Positions 7,801 through 15,813 of a stretch of DNA of 20,000 bases are shown in pieces (positions within the stretch are counted from its first letter, which is position 1; the number at the start of each line of letters is the position of its first letter). The stretch comes from an uncultured virus (IMG/VR IMGVR_UViG_3300037846_000120) (Duplodnaviria > Heunggongvirae > Uroviricota > Caudoviricetes): IMG/VR virus record IMGVR_UViG_3300037846_000120, one strand, 5' to 3'. The position numbers were made by a program, and so were the translations under genes. The notes beneath the pieces are model-generated. The model was not told the DNA's origin. It searched no databases and was given only the letters and a program-made list of their open reading frames with translations.

Positions 7801-10800
7801 ATGTGCTGCGCAACATCAACGCGGCGCTGAAAAGCACCAAAGCCGAGAAAGACGGCCGCGCCAAGGGCGCAGCCTATTCGGCATTTTGGGGCGCGCATCA
7901 GCGCTTCTTCAATCAGATCGTCACGGCGATGCAGATGCCGACCGTCATCAAGGCGGTCGAGAAAGACATCGAAGCCGGCCGGCAAGCGGTGCTGCAACTC
8001 ACCAACACCAACGAGGCATCACAGGAGCGCGCCGCCGCCAAGGCTCAGTCGGCTGAGGAAATCGAAGATTTGGACATCACGCCGCGCGACCAGATCATCC
8101 AGCTTGTCGAGCATTCGTTCCCGACCCAAGCCTATGAAGAATATATCGACGACAAAGGCAAAAAGCGCGCCCGACCGGTGCTAAATTCAAAGCGCGAGCC
8201 GGTACAAGATCGCGGCGCCGTTGCAGCGCGCGCGCGCCTGATCGAAGAACTTGCCTCGATCCGGGTGCCGCAAGGCCCGCTCGAAATGATCCTCGATCAC
8301 TTCGGCATCGATACCGTCGCCGAAGTGACCGGCCGCGGCCGGCGCTTTGTGCGCAAGCCCGACGAGAAGACCGGCGAAATGCGCCGCGTCGAGGAAAGCC
8401 GGCCGGGCTCGTCCAACATCGCCGAAACCGACAATTTCCAGGCCGGCAAGAAAAAGGTGCTGGTGTTCTCCGAAGCCGGCGGCACCGGGCGCTCGTATCA
8501 CGCCGACAATACTGCGCCGTCGAAAGACGCGCGGCGCGCACATTACGTGGTGCAGGGCGGCTGGCGGGCCGACAAGGCGGTGCAGGGCCTTGGCCGCACG
8601 CACCGCTCCAATCAGGCGAGCGCGCCACTGGTGCGGCTGCCGACCACGGACCTGCCGGGACAAAAGCGCTTCATTTCCTCGATCGCGCGGCGCCTGGGGC
8701 AACTCGGCGCGCTGACCAAAGGCGAGCGCAAGGCCGGCGACCAGGGCATCTTCAACGCCCGCGACAATCTGGAAAGCATCGAAGCAACGACTGCGCTCAC
8801 GCAGTTTTTCAAAGACGTGGTGAATGGCGCGGTGCCGGACATCACCGTCAATGACTTCGAAGAACAGACCGGCCTCAGTCTGCGACTGACGGACGACGAC
8901 GGCCGGGTCATGGGCATGGCGACCGACTTCCCGCCCATCACGCAATTCCTCAACCGGCTGCTGTCGCTTAAGATCGACATGCAGAACCGCGTCTTTGACG
9001 CATTCTCCGAGCGGCTCGACGCCGTGATCGAAGCGCGCCGCGAGGCCGGCTTGCTCGACGTCGGCATGGAAACCGTCCGCGCCGACAAGATCACCAAGGC
9101 AAGCGAGCAGACCGTGCACACGGTCGAAGGCTCCGGCGCCGAGACGAAATACGTCAAGCTCCAGGTCTCAAAAAAGTTTGTGCCCACCGAATTCGATAAG
9201 GTCGCCTCGAACGAATGGCGGCCGGTCGAAGCCTGGCTCGAAAGCCCAAACGGCAAGGTGTACGCCGCAGCGAAGGCGCCGAGCCTGACGGATAGCAGCG
9301 GCAAGATCATCGATAATTTCCGCCTCGTCAGTCCGGTGTCCGATTCGCGCACCGTGCCGAAACTCAACATCGAGAAGCCCGACAGCAAGTGGAAAAAGAT
9401 CGAGCGCAGCGAGGCGTCGGCGCTCTGGCGCAAGGAGATCGCTGCGGCGCCGGAGTTCATCACGCGTGACATGCACCTGATCACCGGCGCAATTCTGCCG
9501 ATTTGGGACCGGCTCAAAGGCAATCCGCGCGTGGTGCGGCTGCAAACCGACAATGGCGAGCGGCTGATCGGGCGTGTGGTGCCCAACGAAGCCATTGCCG
9601 CCACGCTCAAGGCGCTCGGCGCCGAAGCGCAATTCAGCCGCGTCACGCCGCCAGAACTATTCCATAAGATCGCCGCCGGCGGTCGCGCCACACTGGCGAA
9701 TGGCTGGACCTTGAGCCGGCGCCTCGTCGCCGGCGAGCAGCGCATCGAGCTCAATCCCCGCGGTGTCTCATTCAGCGAGGCCCGGGAGCTTAAGCGCGAC
9801 GGTGTTTTCAGCGAGATCATCGATTACAAGATGCGCTACTTCGTGCCGATGGAGGCGCGGCGCGGCGCCCTTGTCCTCGGCAAGCTGACCGAGTACCGGC
9901 CGATCGCCGACATCCAGGAAGCGGGAGCGGCGCCGGACGACATGGCCGCCGGCGACGAGCCGATGTTCTCGATCCGCGGGACCGCGGCCAAAGACGGCCG
10001 CGAGGGTGCCGTCAAAGCCGAAAGCGACCAACTGGCGGAAGCGGTCGCGCGTCGCATCTTCCCGGAGCTGCGCATCGAACTCGACAAGCTCGGGCTGGAA
10101 GACGTCGACCTCAATCTGCCGGGCAAGCTCACGGCGCGCACCGGCGGCAAGACCTATCTGCTCAACGGGCATTATCTGGATCGAACCATCACGGTCGCGC
10201 TCGATGCCGACAACATCCGGCAGACCATGCACCATGAGGTGTTGCACGCGCTCCGCGATCTCGGGCTGTTCAAGGACGGCGAGTGGGGCATTCTCTCGAC
10301 CAAGGCGCGGCAGGCCTGGCGCAAGCAGTATCCGATCGACCGGCTCTACAGTCACCTGGACGACGAAGGCAAAGACGAGGAAGGCGTCGCCCACGCCTAC
10401 GCCGATTGGGCCGCCGGAAAAGCAACGGTCGATGGCCGTATTGCGCGGCTGTTCAAGCGCATCAAGGCTTTCTTCGAGGCGCTGCGCAACGCGCTGCATG
10501 GCCTTGGCTTCAAGACCGCCGAGGATGTGTTCAAAGACATCCGCTCCGGCGAAGTCGGCCGGCGCGATCGTGCCGGCGTTGGCGGCGAGCCGATGTTCTC
10601 CGTGCGCGACGACGCGGCGCCGGCGGCGCTGAAGGACAACCCCAAGCTCAGCGCCCGCATCCGCGAGCGCATCGAAGCCGCGCTCGACAGCAAGTTCGCG
10701 CACAAATTCATCGAAGGCACGCAAGACCTGTCGCACCCGGTCAAGCTGTTGCAGCGCGACCTTGAGGAGCGCCGCTCCGGCGCTTTCGCGGATCCCGAGG

Positions 10801-13064
10801 ACTTCTATACCAGGAAGCGCCTTTATCCCGGTCGCGTCGGAGCCTGGACCGATACGTTCAACCGCAAACACCTTGATCCGATAGTCAACCTCCTCAAATC
10901 GAATGGCATCAGCCTGCAGGAAGCCAGCGACTACCTCTATGCGTTGCACGCGGCCGAGCGCAACGCTGCCATCGACAAGATCAATCCGGGGCTCGGTGGC
11001 GAAGGCTCGGGCATGTCGAACGATGAGGCCGAGAAAATCCTGGCCGAAGCCAAGCGCGCGGGGAATGCCGCGGCGTTCGACGAGCTGCGCCAGCGCGTCG
11101 ACGGCATCCGCAATCTGATCCTCGACGTGATGGAGAAAAGCGGCCTGGAAAAGCCCGAAGTCATCGCCGAGTGGAAAAAGCGCTACCAAGAATACGTGCC
11201 GCTGCGCGGCTGGGAGGTCGAGCCCGACGACGCGCCGGGCGAATTCCGCGGCGCCGGCGCCGGCTTCAACATCCGCGGCAAAGAGGTCAAGCAGGCGTTC
11301 GGCCGGCGCTCGAAAGCCGATAACCCGCTCGTCAACCTGTTCGACCAGGCGTACCGCACCTTCGACCGCGCCGAGCGCAACCGCTATCTGCAATCGCTGT
11401 TCCGCGCGATCGACGATCTCGGCGAGGACGCCGACGACATCGCCACGCTCGATAAGGGCAAGCCGCGGCGCGAGATCAATCCGCGCACCGGCCTGGTGCG
11501 CACCGTTGAAACCTCAAGCCAGTACGGCAACCCCAAGGCGGTCAATCTCAAATTCGACGGCAATCCGCACTTCATCGTGTTCCGCGATCAGCAGCTCGCC
11601 GAAGCGGTCAAGCGGATGGGCGCCGGATCGCTCGGCATCTTGCAGCCGGTGCTCATCCTACAAAACAAGATGAAGGCGATGTGGACGCACTACTCGCCGG
11701 ACTTCCTGTTTCGCCACTTCATGTTCCGCTACCCGATCGAGGGCGCGCTCAACTCCTTCGAGCAGAAGGAGGGCGGCGCCCACAAGGTCTCACAATACGT
11801 CCGCGAGGCGTTTCCGTTCATGGGCACGGCGAGCAAGGCGATCTTCGCGTCCAATCGCGGCGAGATCAGCAGCGACCCCGAAATCGCCCGGATGCAGAAG
11901 GAGTGGGACATGATGCGCCGCGGCGGTGGCGCCATGATGTTCCGCAACATGCGCGACACCGACCTGACGCGTGAGCACCTGGAAACTCGGCTCAAAGACC
12001 TGTCCGACAGCCCGTTGCAGAACGCGCGCGCCAAGTGGCGGCACGGCGTCGAGGCGATGGATGTTGTCACCAACGCGCTCGACAATGCGCTGCGGCTCGC
12101 CGCATTTTCTTCTGCTCTGAGGCAGGGAAAGACCGTACAGCAGGCGAACTTCATCGCCCGCGAGGCCACCATCGACTTCCAGCTCAAGGGCCTGTGGTCG
12201 AACCTCATGGGCATCCTGTTCCCGTTCGCCAATCCGGCGGTGCAGACCGCAGCGCGGATGACAAAAGCGGTGTCGCGCTCGAAGATCATGCGCCGTGTGT
12301 TCATGGGGACGATGCTGGCGGGTTTCCTGACATCGGCATACAACTATCTCATCGGCGGCGACGACAAGGACGGCACCCCGTTCTTCGACAAAATCCCGGA
12401 GTGGGATCGCCGCCTCAACTTCATCATCCTCAGTCCGATCAAGGATGCGAAGGGCCGGCCCGAGCCGATCAAAATTCCGATGCCGTACAATTGGGCGTTC
12501 CCGCTGATGCTGGGCTACGCCTTCGGCGGTTTCATGTTCGGCAAGGAAGGCCCGCGCAAGCTGATGAGTATGGTGCTGCACTCGGCGCTGGAAACCTTCA
12601 CCCCGCTCGGCTCCGAAGGCAATCTCGCCGCCGAGTTCACGCCGTCGACGCTGCGCCCCGTTACCTACATCTACACCAATCTCGATTGGGCCGGCCGGCC
12701 GGTGCACGCCGATCCGACATTCCAGAAACACCCGAACTCCTATTCAGGGCGCCGGACCACGGGAGAAGGCTGGAAGGACCTGGCCGCGGGCGTCAACACT
12801 GCAACCGGCGGCAGCCCGGCAAAGTCAGGTGTGATCGACATCTACCCGGAAGATTACCGGGAAATGATGGATCAGTTCGTCGGCACACAGCTCCGGCTCG
12901 GGCAGAACGTGTGGGATACGGTGTCGGCGCCGATCAAGGGCGAGTGGCCCGATCCGGGCAAAGTCCCGCTCGGCCGCGTCGTCTTTGGCACCGATTACGA
13001 TGCCGCCGATCGCGCCCGCGGCTATGAGCTGCGCGACAAGCTCAAGCATCCGTGGAAACGCTGA
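4839..13064 (+). CDS. Giant DarB-like polyvalent protein (2741 aa): N6-adenine MTase, Strawberry-notch-type SF2 helicase, zincin metallopeptidase-like domain, LPD38-like C-terminus
   Basis: QQFSTPP (~5532), EPSAGTG (5610), NPPF (5808); GDGTGVGKGRE (6885), DESH (7395), SATG (7524), GWRADKAVQGLGRTHRSNQ (~8560-8615); HEVLH (10233) with downstream EE; IPEWDR..NF...KIPMPY (~12390-12490). Confidence 0.88.
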   Translation: MIRCPNFRSDKVREDFNGVLQRLGGVAMSADDIAPRQPYLAKLNETQIAAYHTAHYLWNAHKKVGDILDFLDALDAVNNALEAPVNAPEQPSDATKPPDHATERPKNAPIAPKDAQAPETGPSSSEAAPLSNLPSIELARSLLERLRAGKPITSKILQEEAGLSYGGKLSEGRFDRKDMADALELAVNMHIAQDPALRVTGDDWRGPIAKLDALLSKLPTQRVRSDEQVSFQQFSTPPTYAAAATYAANLREGDTLIEPSAGTGSIVAAAMRPGVKIIANELSERRTALLRALIGSDGKVFRENAEQLNNVLPDDVKPNVAVMNPPFSQTAGRMGDRKVPMVAPMHIEQALKRLEDGGRLVAIVGRGMTMGQPGYRAWWSKISAEYTVRANIGVDGKVYEKYGTTFGTRLLVIDKIAPSGDSKPVLADAQTVEDLMRLLEPIRNGRSADNQGEQRVGEPGGAQVDHARSEADAGPALLAPPPTGGVGTDEQGAGRLASERSVRAGRSDTASVRVERGQRDELAFQQSERPGQAGATGEPAKAAAGDGQAGARRGARAQRDLQPSGEPKSGLAAGGERVELEHAAPGTQGASEISDSLYDNYKPQRVRVAGAKPHPSKLVESAAMASVSPPTPTYKPNLPRAVIEKGLLSDAQLEAVVYAGEAHGKMLPAAEGETAKRKGYFIGDGTGVGKGREISGIFLDNWNQGRRRGVWVSEKNTLLEDAKRDWSGLQQNPNLIFNIGKVKTGEPIQTKQGIGFVTYDTLKGGMSDQAALSRGEFVRKQQVKVNGQSGKVAKFGKTSGGQPGQITVNLDNGSTVTVPSNEVQALEKANIKSRVDQIVDWLGEDFDGVIALDESHNMANATGGKGDRGKKDAAMKAIAGMELQKRLPNARVVYDSATGATEVSNLAYADRLGLWGRGTPFASREAFVTQVEEGGIAAMELIARDMKALGLYTARNLSYDGVEYDRLEHKLDENQREIYDTLAEAWQHVLRNINAALKSTKAEKDGRAKGAAYSAFWGAHQRFFNQIVTAMQMPTVIKAVEKDIEAGRQAVLQLTNTNEASQERAAAKAQSAEEIEDLDITPRDQIIQLVEHSFPTQAYEEYIDDKGKKRARPVLNSKREPVQDRGAVAARARLIEELASIRVPQGPLEMILDHFGIDTVAEVTGRGRRFVRKPDEKTGEMRRVEESRPGSSNIAETDNFQAGKKKVLVFSEAGGTGRSYHADNTAPSKDARRAHYVVQGGWRADKAVQGLGRTHRSNQASAPLVRLPTTDLPGQKRFISSIARRLGQLGALTKGERKAGDQGIFNARDNLESIEATTALTQFFKDVVNGAVPDITVNDFEEQTGLSLRLTDDDGRVMGMATDFPPITQFLNRLLSLKIDMQNRVFDAFSERLDAVIEARREAGLLDVGMETVRADKITKASEQTVHTVEGSGAETKYVKLQVSKKFVPTEFDKVASNEWRPVEAWLESPNGKVYAAAKAPSLTDSSGKIIDNFRLVSPVSDSRTVPKLNIEKPDSKWKKIERSEASALWRKEIAAAPEFITRDMHLITGAILPIWDRLKGNPRVVRLQTDNGERLIGRVVPNEAIAATLKALGAEAQFSRVTPPELFHKIAAGGRATLANGWTLSRRLVAGEQRIELNPRGVSFSEARELKRDGVFSEIIDYKMRYFVPMEARRGALVLGKLTEYRPIADIQEAGAAPDDMAAGDEPMFSIRGTAAKDGREGAVKAESDQLAEAVARRIFPELRIELDKLGLEDVDLNLPGKLTARTGGKTYLLNGHYLDRTITVALDADNIRQTMHHEVLHALRDLGLFKDGEWGILSTKARQAWRKQYPIDRLYSHLDDEGKDEEGVAHAYADWAAGKATVDGRIARLFKRIKAFFEALRNALHGLGFKTAEDVFKDIRSGEVGRRDRAGVGGEPMFSVRDDAAPAALKDNPKLSARIRERIEAALDSKFAHKFIEGTQDLSHPVKLLQRDLEERRSGAFADPEDFYTRKRLYPGRVGAWTDTFNRKHLDPIVNLLKSNGISLQEASDYLYALHAAERNAAIDKINPGLGGEGSGMSNDEAEKILAEAKRAGNAAAFDELRQRVDGIRNLILDVMEKSGLEKPEVIAEWKKRYQEYVPLRGWEVEPDDAPGEFRGAGAGFNIRGKEVKQAFGRRSKADNPLVNLFDQAYRTFDRAERNRYLQSLFRAIDDLGEDADDIATLDKGKPRREINPRTGLVRTVETSSQYGNPKAVNLKFDGNPHFIVFRDQQLAEAVKRMGAGSLGILQPVLILQNKMKAMWTHYSPDFLFRHFMFRYPIEGALNSFEQKEGGAHKVSQYVREAFPFMGTASKAIFASNRGEISSDPEIARMQKEWDMMRRGGGAMMFRNMRDTDLTREHLETRLKDLSDSPLQNARAKWRHGVEAMDVVTNALDNALRLAAFSSALRQGKTVQQANFIAREATIDFQLKGLWSNLMGILFPFANPAVQTAARMTKAVSRSKIMRRVFMGTMLAGFLTSAYNYLIGGDDKDGTPFFDKIPEWDRRLNFIILSPIKDAKGRPEPIKIPMPYNWAFPLMLGYAFGGFMFGKEGPRKLMSMVLHSALETFTPLGSEGNLAAEFTPSTLRPVTYIYTNLDWAGRPVHADPTFQKHPNSYSGRRTTGEGWKDLAAGVNTATGGSPAKSGVIDIYPEDYREMMDQFVGTQLRLGQNVWDTVSAPIKGEWPDPGKVPLGRVVFGTDYDAADRARGYELRDKLKHPWKR
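6169..6573 (+). CDS. Nested (+1 frame) 134-aa hypothetical protein inside the giant gene's MTase-helicase linker
   Basis: GGAG at 6155-6158 before ATG 6169. About 115/134 codons end in G/C (hand count). Globular helical-type sequence with W/L/Y patterning, whereas the host frame here is G/A/R/E-rich with many A/T-ending codons. Confidence 0.78.
   Translation: MGAQRTIKENSASVNLAARRWIMLALKQMPDPHYLHLLQLAEWGLTNKAQGDWPPNDQYALEDQIRHLFGWSAANVMSWLFSNPNGPDKPEQQASLLKLLRETDKPERAAAHVLNAIYSRQVSQNPALQPAASE
9951..10600 (+). repeat. 19/20-bp direct repeat (9951-9970, 10581-10600) encoding EPMFS, bracketing the zincin module
   Basis: ggcgacgagccgatgttctc vs ggcggcgagccgatgttctc, 630 bp apart and in frame. 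Confidence 0.85.
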
Positions 13065-13069
13065 GCGGT

Positions 13070-13288
13070 TTAGCGCGCCAGGATGCGATAGATGCTGCGG
13101 GCACGCGCCGTCGATAACATCTTCCTCGCGCCACGGCGGATGCGAACGCCGTGCCTGCGCTGGCCGAGGCGGAAACCGACGCCAAGTGTCCGATCATAGT
13201 TCTGCCATTGCATCGACGCGCGAACGCCGGGAACGATCCGACGCACAAGAGCCACTAACCGACGCGCGATCAGTTCTTCGTGCCTCAA
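13070..13288 (-). CDS. Small Arg-rich hypothetical protein (~72 aa)
   Basis: AGGGG 7 nt upstream of TTG 13288; ORF converges on the giant gene stop with a 5-bp gap. Confidence 0.5.
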   Translation of the reverse strand: MRHEELIARRLVALVRRIVPGVRASMQWQNYDRTLGVGFRLGQRRHGVRIRRGARKMLSTARARSIYRILAR

Positions 13289-13327
13289 TATTTTTCCCCT
13301 GCTCCGCCACACGGAGCGCTGTCACCG

Positions 13328-13367
13328 CCGCCCTGGCCGCGAGGCCGGGGCGGGCTTTTTTGTTTTT
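13328..13367 (+). terminator. Rho-independent terminator of the + strand late block
   Basis: Stem ccgccctggcc / ggccggggcgg (one G-U pair), GCGA tetraloop, then ttttttgttttt. Confidence 0.85.
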
Positions 13368-13373
13368 CGGCGG

Positions 13374-13493
13374 TTAGTGGTGATATTTGCACCAGCGAGC
13401 GTGCCAGTAGGCGCATTTACAATGCCTGCACCACCGCACAAGGCCCAACAATCCAAGGATTGATACCTGCCACCATCTGATTTCCGATTTCAT
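13374..13493 (-). CDS. 39-aa Cys/His/Trp-rich peptide
   Basis: GGAGG RBS, ATGA overlap with upstream stop; MKSEIRWWQVSILGLLGLVRWCRHCKCAYWHARWCKYHH. Confidence 0.55.
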   Translation of the reverse strand: MKSEIRWWQVSILGLLGLVRWCRHCKCAYWHARWCKYHH

Positions 13494-13696
13494 GACACCT
13501 CCCGCCACCGACCAATGCGCACCCACTCCCCCGGCATACAGCCACCGCCATCTACGCGAAGCGCGCCGCCTTCGGTTCGCCAATAGCCTTCGCGGTGCTG
13601 ATCCCAGCTTACGCGAGCCCAGCCGCCCGGAAACTTTACCTCGATCAGGCGCCCATCCTTCGGTGCTGTACCGATCGCGTAGTCTTGATTGCTCAT
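13490..13696 (-). CDS. 68-aa phage protein with I.TAPKDG motif (DUF551-like)
   Basis: MSNQDYAIGTAPKDGRLIEV...W...W; ATGA overlaps at both ends. Confidence 0.7.
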   Translation of the reverse strand: MSNQDYAIGTAPKDGRLIEVKFPGGWARVSWDQHREGYWRTEGGALRVDGGGCMPGEWVRIGRWREVS

Positions 13697-13905
13697 GGTG
13701 CGGGCCTCACTGTCTCCATCATAAAATGGAGAATGCAAAACGGAAGGTGCAAGTCCAATCCTGTCCGATGGGCGATAAAGCCAACTTCGATAATCGGCAC
13801 AAAGCCGCCCGTCATCCAGACATGCAGCCTTCCGAATTTGCGCTTCCAGATGATGTCAAGCGGCGGAGAGGGCCGGAAGCCGAAGGTGATTAAAAAGTGC
13901 GTCAT
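13693..13905 (-). CDS. 70-aa hydrophobic hypothetical protein
   Basis: GAGGAG RBS; ATG 13905 overlaps the ATPase stop; its own stop overlaps the next ATG. Confidence 0.55.
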   Translation of the reverse strand: MTHFLITFGFRPSPPLDIIWKRKFGRLHVWMTGGFVPIIEVGFIAHRTGLDLHLPFCILHFMMETVRPAP

Positions 13906-15803
13906 GCCGCTCTCCTCTCCGGGAACAACCGGCCATCGGCGCGCACGCGCCCCTGGCCCGAATAGACCAAAAAGCCCATGTCCTTCAGCCGCACAATCGC
14001 GTGCTTCACCGAATTGGTGTGGATCGAATAACCGCACGTACTCGCCAACTCCTCGCGGGTGCAGTCGTCGGGGTAGATGGTGGTGAGCTGGGTCAGCAGC
14101 TTGTCGGTCGGCTCACCGAGAATGGCGGTGATCCGCTCACGCATTTCGGTGGCGTCGCTCGGCGCTGCCGCCGCATCGGCCTGCGCTCCGCCGGCAGGCG
14201 TCAATTTCAGCGTGCCGTTGCCATACTCGATCAAGCCCTCGTTCTTGAGCGCGACAATCGCCGCCTTCACTGAGTTGGTGTGCAGGCTATAGCGCGCCAT
14301 GAGGGCTACGAGTTCGCGCGCCGGCTCATAGACACCCAGGGCTTGCAGCTCGGCGAGCGCGTTGAGGAGCTTTTGGTTGATGCTGCCGTCGCCGACCGGC
14401 GCCGACTGACCGACAAGCCTTGGTTTCGCGGCCATAGGCGCTCCCGCTGGCAAAGACTTGACGCTGAACGGCTCGTTGGAGCGAACCTCCACTTTGACCT
14501 TCACATCCTCGTCGGCGTTCTCGATAAATTTCTTGAGCTTCGCCGCGAGGCGTTGCGCTTCGAGGCGGAGCGCATCGAATTCCTTCCCGCGCCGCCCAAG
14601 ATGTGCCGCGATGAGCCGCTCAACCTCTTTCGATCCGGCCAGGATCGCCTTTTCCACGTCCGCCTTGTTCACGGGTTCGCCGCTGACCTGGAACAAGCCC
14701 TTTGCGTTGATCTCGACAATGAACTTCATGGCCGCCTCCATCGCCGCGATGAGCGGCGCGATGCTTCTCTTCGCCTCGGTGATCGCGCGCTGCTCGATCT
14801 TTTTGAGCGCACCCTTGTCCGGCGGCTTCGTGGCGCCCGCGGCTGCGGTGACTTGCTTTTCGAGCTTCGCCTTTTCCGCCTGCAGCGTGGCGATCGCCGT
14901 GCGCAGCGCCTTCGGATCATCGGCCTTGTTTTTCTCGATGACGGCCGCGAGCTTGCTTTTGACTTCATCGAGATCGACCGAGGCCCAGCCCTTGAGTTTG
15001 CCCTTGCGTTGCGCCTGCGGCTTGAAGCTGTCGTAGGTCTTGAACATCGGAAAATCGATCAGCTTCGGTCCGAAGCCGATTTCCGGTGACCACACCCAGC
15101 CCTGCGTGCGCTGCATCTGCGCCAGGCTGTCGAGGACTTGCTTGCCGAGCGCCGGATCGCCGCAGCCGTCGATCCAGTCCTTGTCGGCGTCGCGATCGAG
15201 CTTATGAACGACCCGCAACGCGAACAGGGTTTCGTGCGAGGTGAGAAAGTCCTTGTGGACCTTCTGCGGCCGTTGCGACGCTGACAGCAACAACAGACCC
15301 ATGCCGGAGCCTTCGCTGGCGATCCGATTGGCCCAATGCAGCATTTCGCCGGCTTGCGGGTTCATGATCTTTCCCTGCGGCGCAAAGTTATGGCACTCGT
15401 CGATGACCAGCCAGCGGTGGCCCTTTGTCAGCTTGAACAGCGTCTCGGCGAAGCTGATGAAAAACTCGGTGCGCTCGCCGACGCGCCATCCTTTCAGATC
15501 GATGATGTAGGGGCGGTTGGCTGCGGCAACGAGTTCGGCCACTTCCTTGCCGGAGTGGCGGTCGATCGGCACGTCGGCGTGCTCGCCGCCGAAGATGACC
15601 ACCTTGTAGCCAGCGCTCTTGCCATCGGCCGACGATTTGATGCCCCACCAATCGCCCTTGGGGTCGATGATGCCGACTGGCTTGTTGTTGTCGAGCAGGT
15701 ACTCGACGATCAGGCGCAATTTGGAGGACTTGCCCGAGCGCGTTTTGCCGAGAAACACCGCGCTCTGATCCAGCACGGCAACCGGGAATGGGAGTTTGCT
15801 CAT
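13902..15803 (-). CDS. HerA/FtsK-superfamily (DUF87-like) ATPase with coiled coil and two C-terminal winged-helix-like repeats, 633 aa
   Basis: Walker A GKTRSGKS, IIDPKGDW, Walker B LVIDECH, SQRP; repeated RE..A....YS[LI]HTNSVK.AIV.LK..G...Y. Confidence 0.82.
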   Translation of the reverse strand: MSKLPFPVAVLDQSAVFLGKTRSGKSSKLRLIVEYLLDNNKPVGIIDPKGDWWGIKSSADGKSAGYKVVIFGGEHADVPIDRHSGKEVAELVAAANRPYIIDLKGWRVGERTEFFISFAETLFKLTKGHRWLVIDECHNFAPQGKIMNPQAGEMLHWANRIASEGSGMGLLLLSASQRPQKVHKDFLTSHETLFALRVVHKLDRDADKDWIDGCGDPALGKQVLDSLAQMQRTQGWVWSPEIGFGPKLIDFPMFKTYDSFKPQAQRKGKLKGWASVDLDEVKSKLAAVIEKNKADDPKALRTAIATLQAEKAKLEKQVTAAAGATKPPDKGALKKIEQRAITEAKRSIAPLIAAMEAAMKFIVEINAKGLFQVSGEPVNKADVEKAILAGSKEVERLIAAHLGRRGKEFDALRLEAQRLAAKLKKFIENADEDVKVKVEVRSNEPFSVKSLPAGAPMAAKPRLVGQSAPVGDGSINQKLLNALAELQALGVYEPARELVALMARYSLHTNSVKAAIVALKNEGLIEYGNGTLKLTPAGGAQADAAAAPSDATEMRERITAILGEPTDKLLTQLTTIYPDDCTREELASTCGYSIHTNSVKHAIVRLKDMGFLVYSGQGRVRADGRLFPERRAA

Positions 15804-15813
15804 TTTCGCCCCT

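Noticed and set aside
3508..12731. Long antisense ORFs (3508-4641, 8612-9820, 9768-11393, 11790-12731 and others)
   Set aside because: Expected stop-poor mirror frames of GC-rich genes; no motifs.
13492..14086. + strand ORFs 13492-13893 and 13595-14086
   Set aside because: Antisense to an RBS-supported, ATGA-coupled chain of - strand genes and downstream of the + strand terminator.
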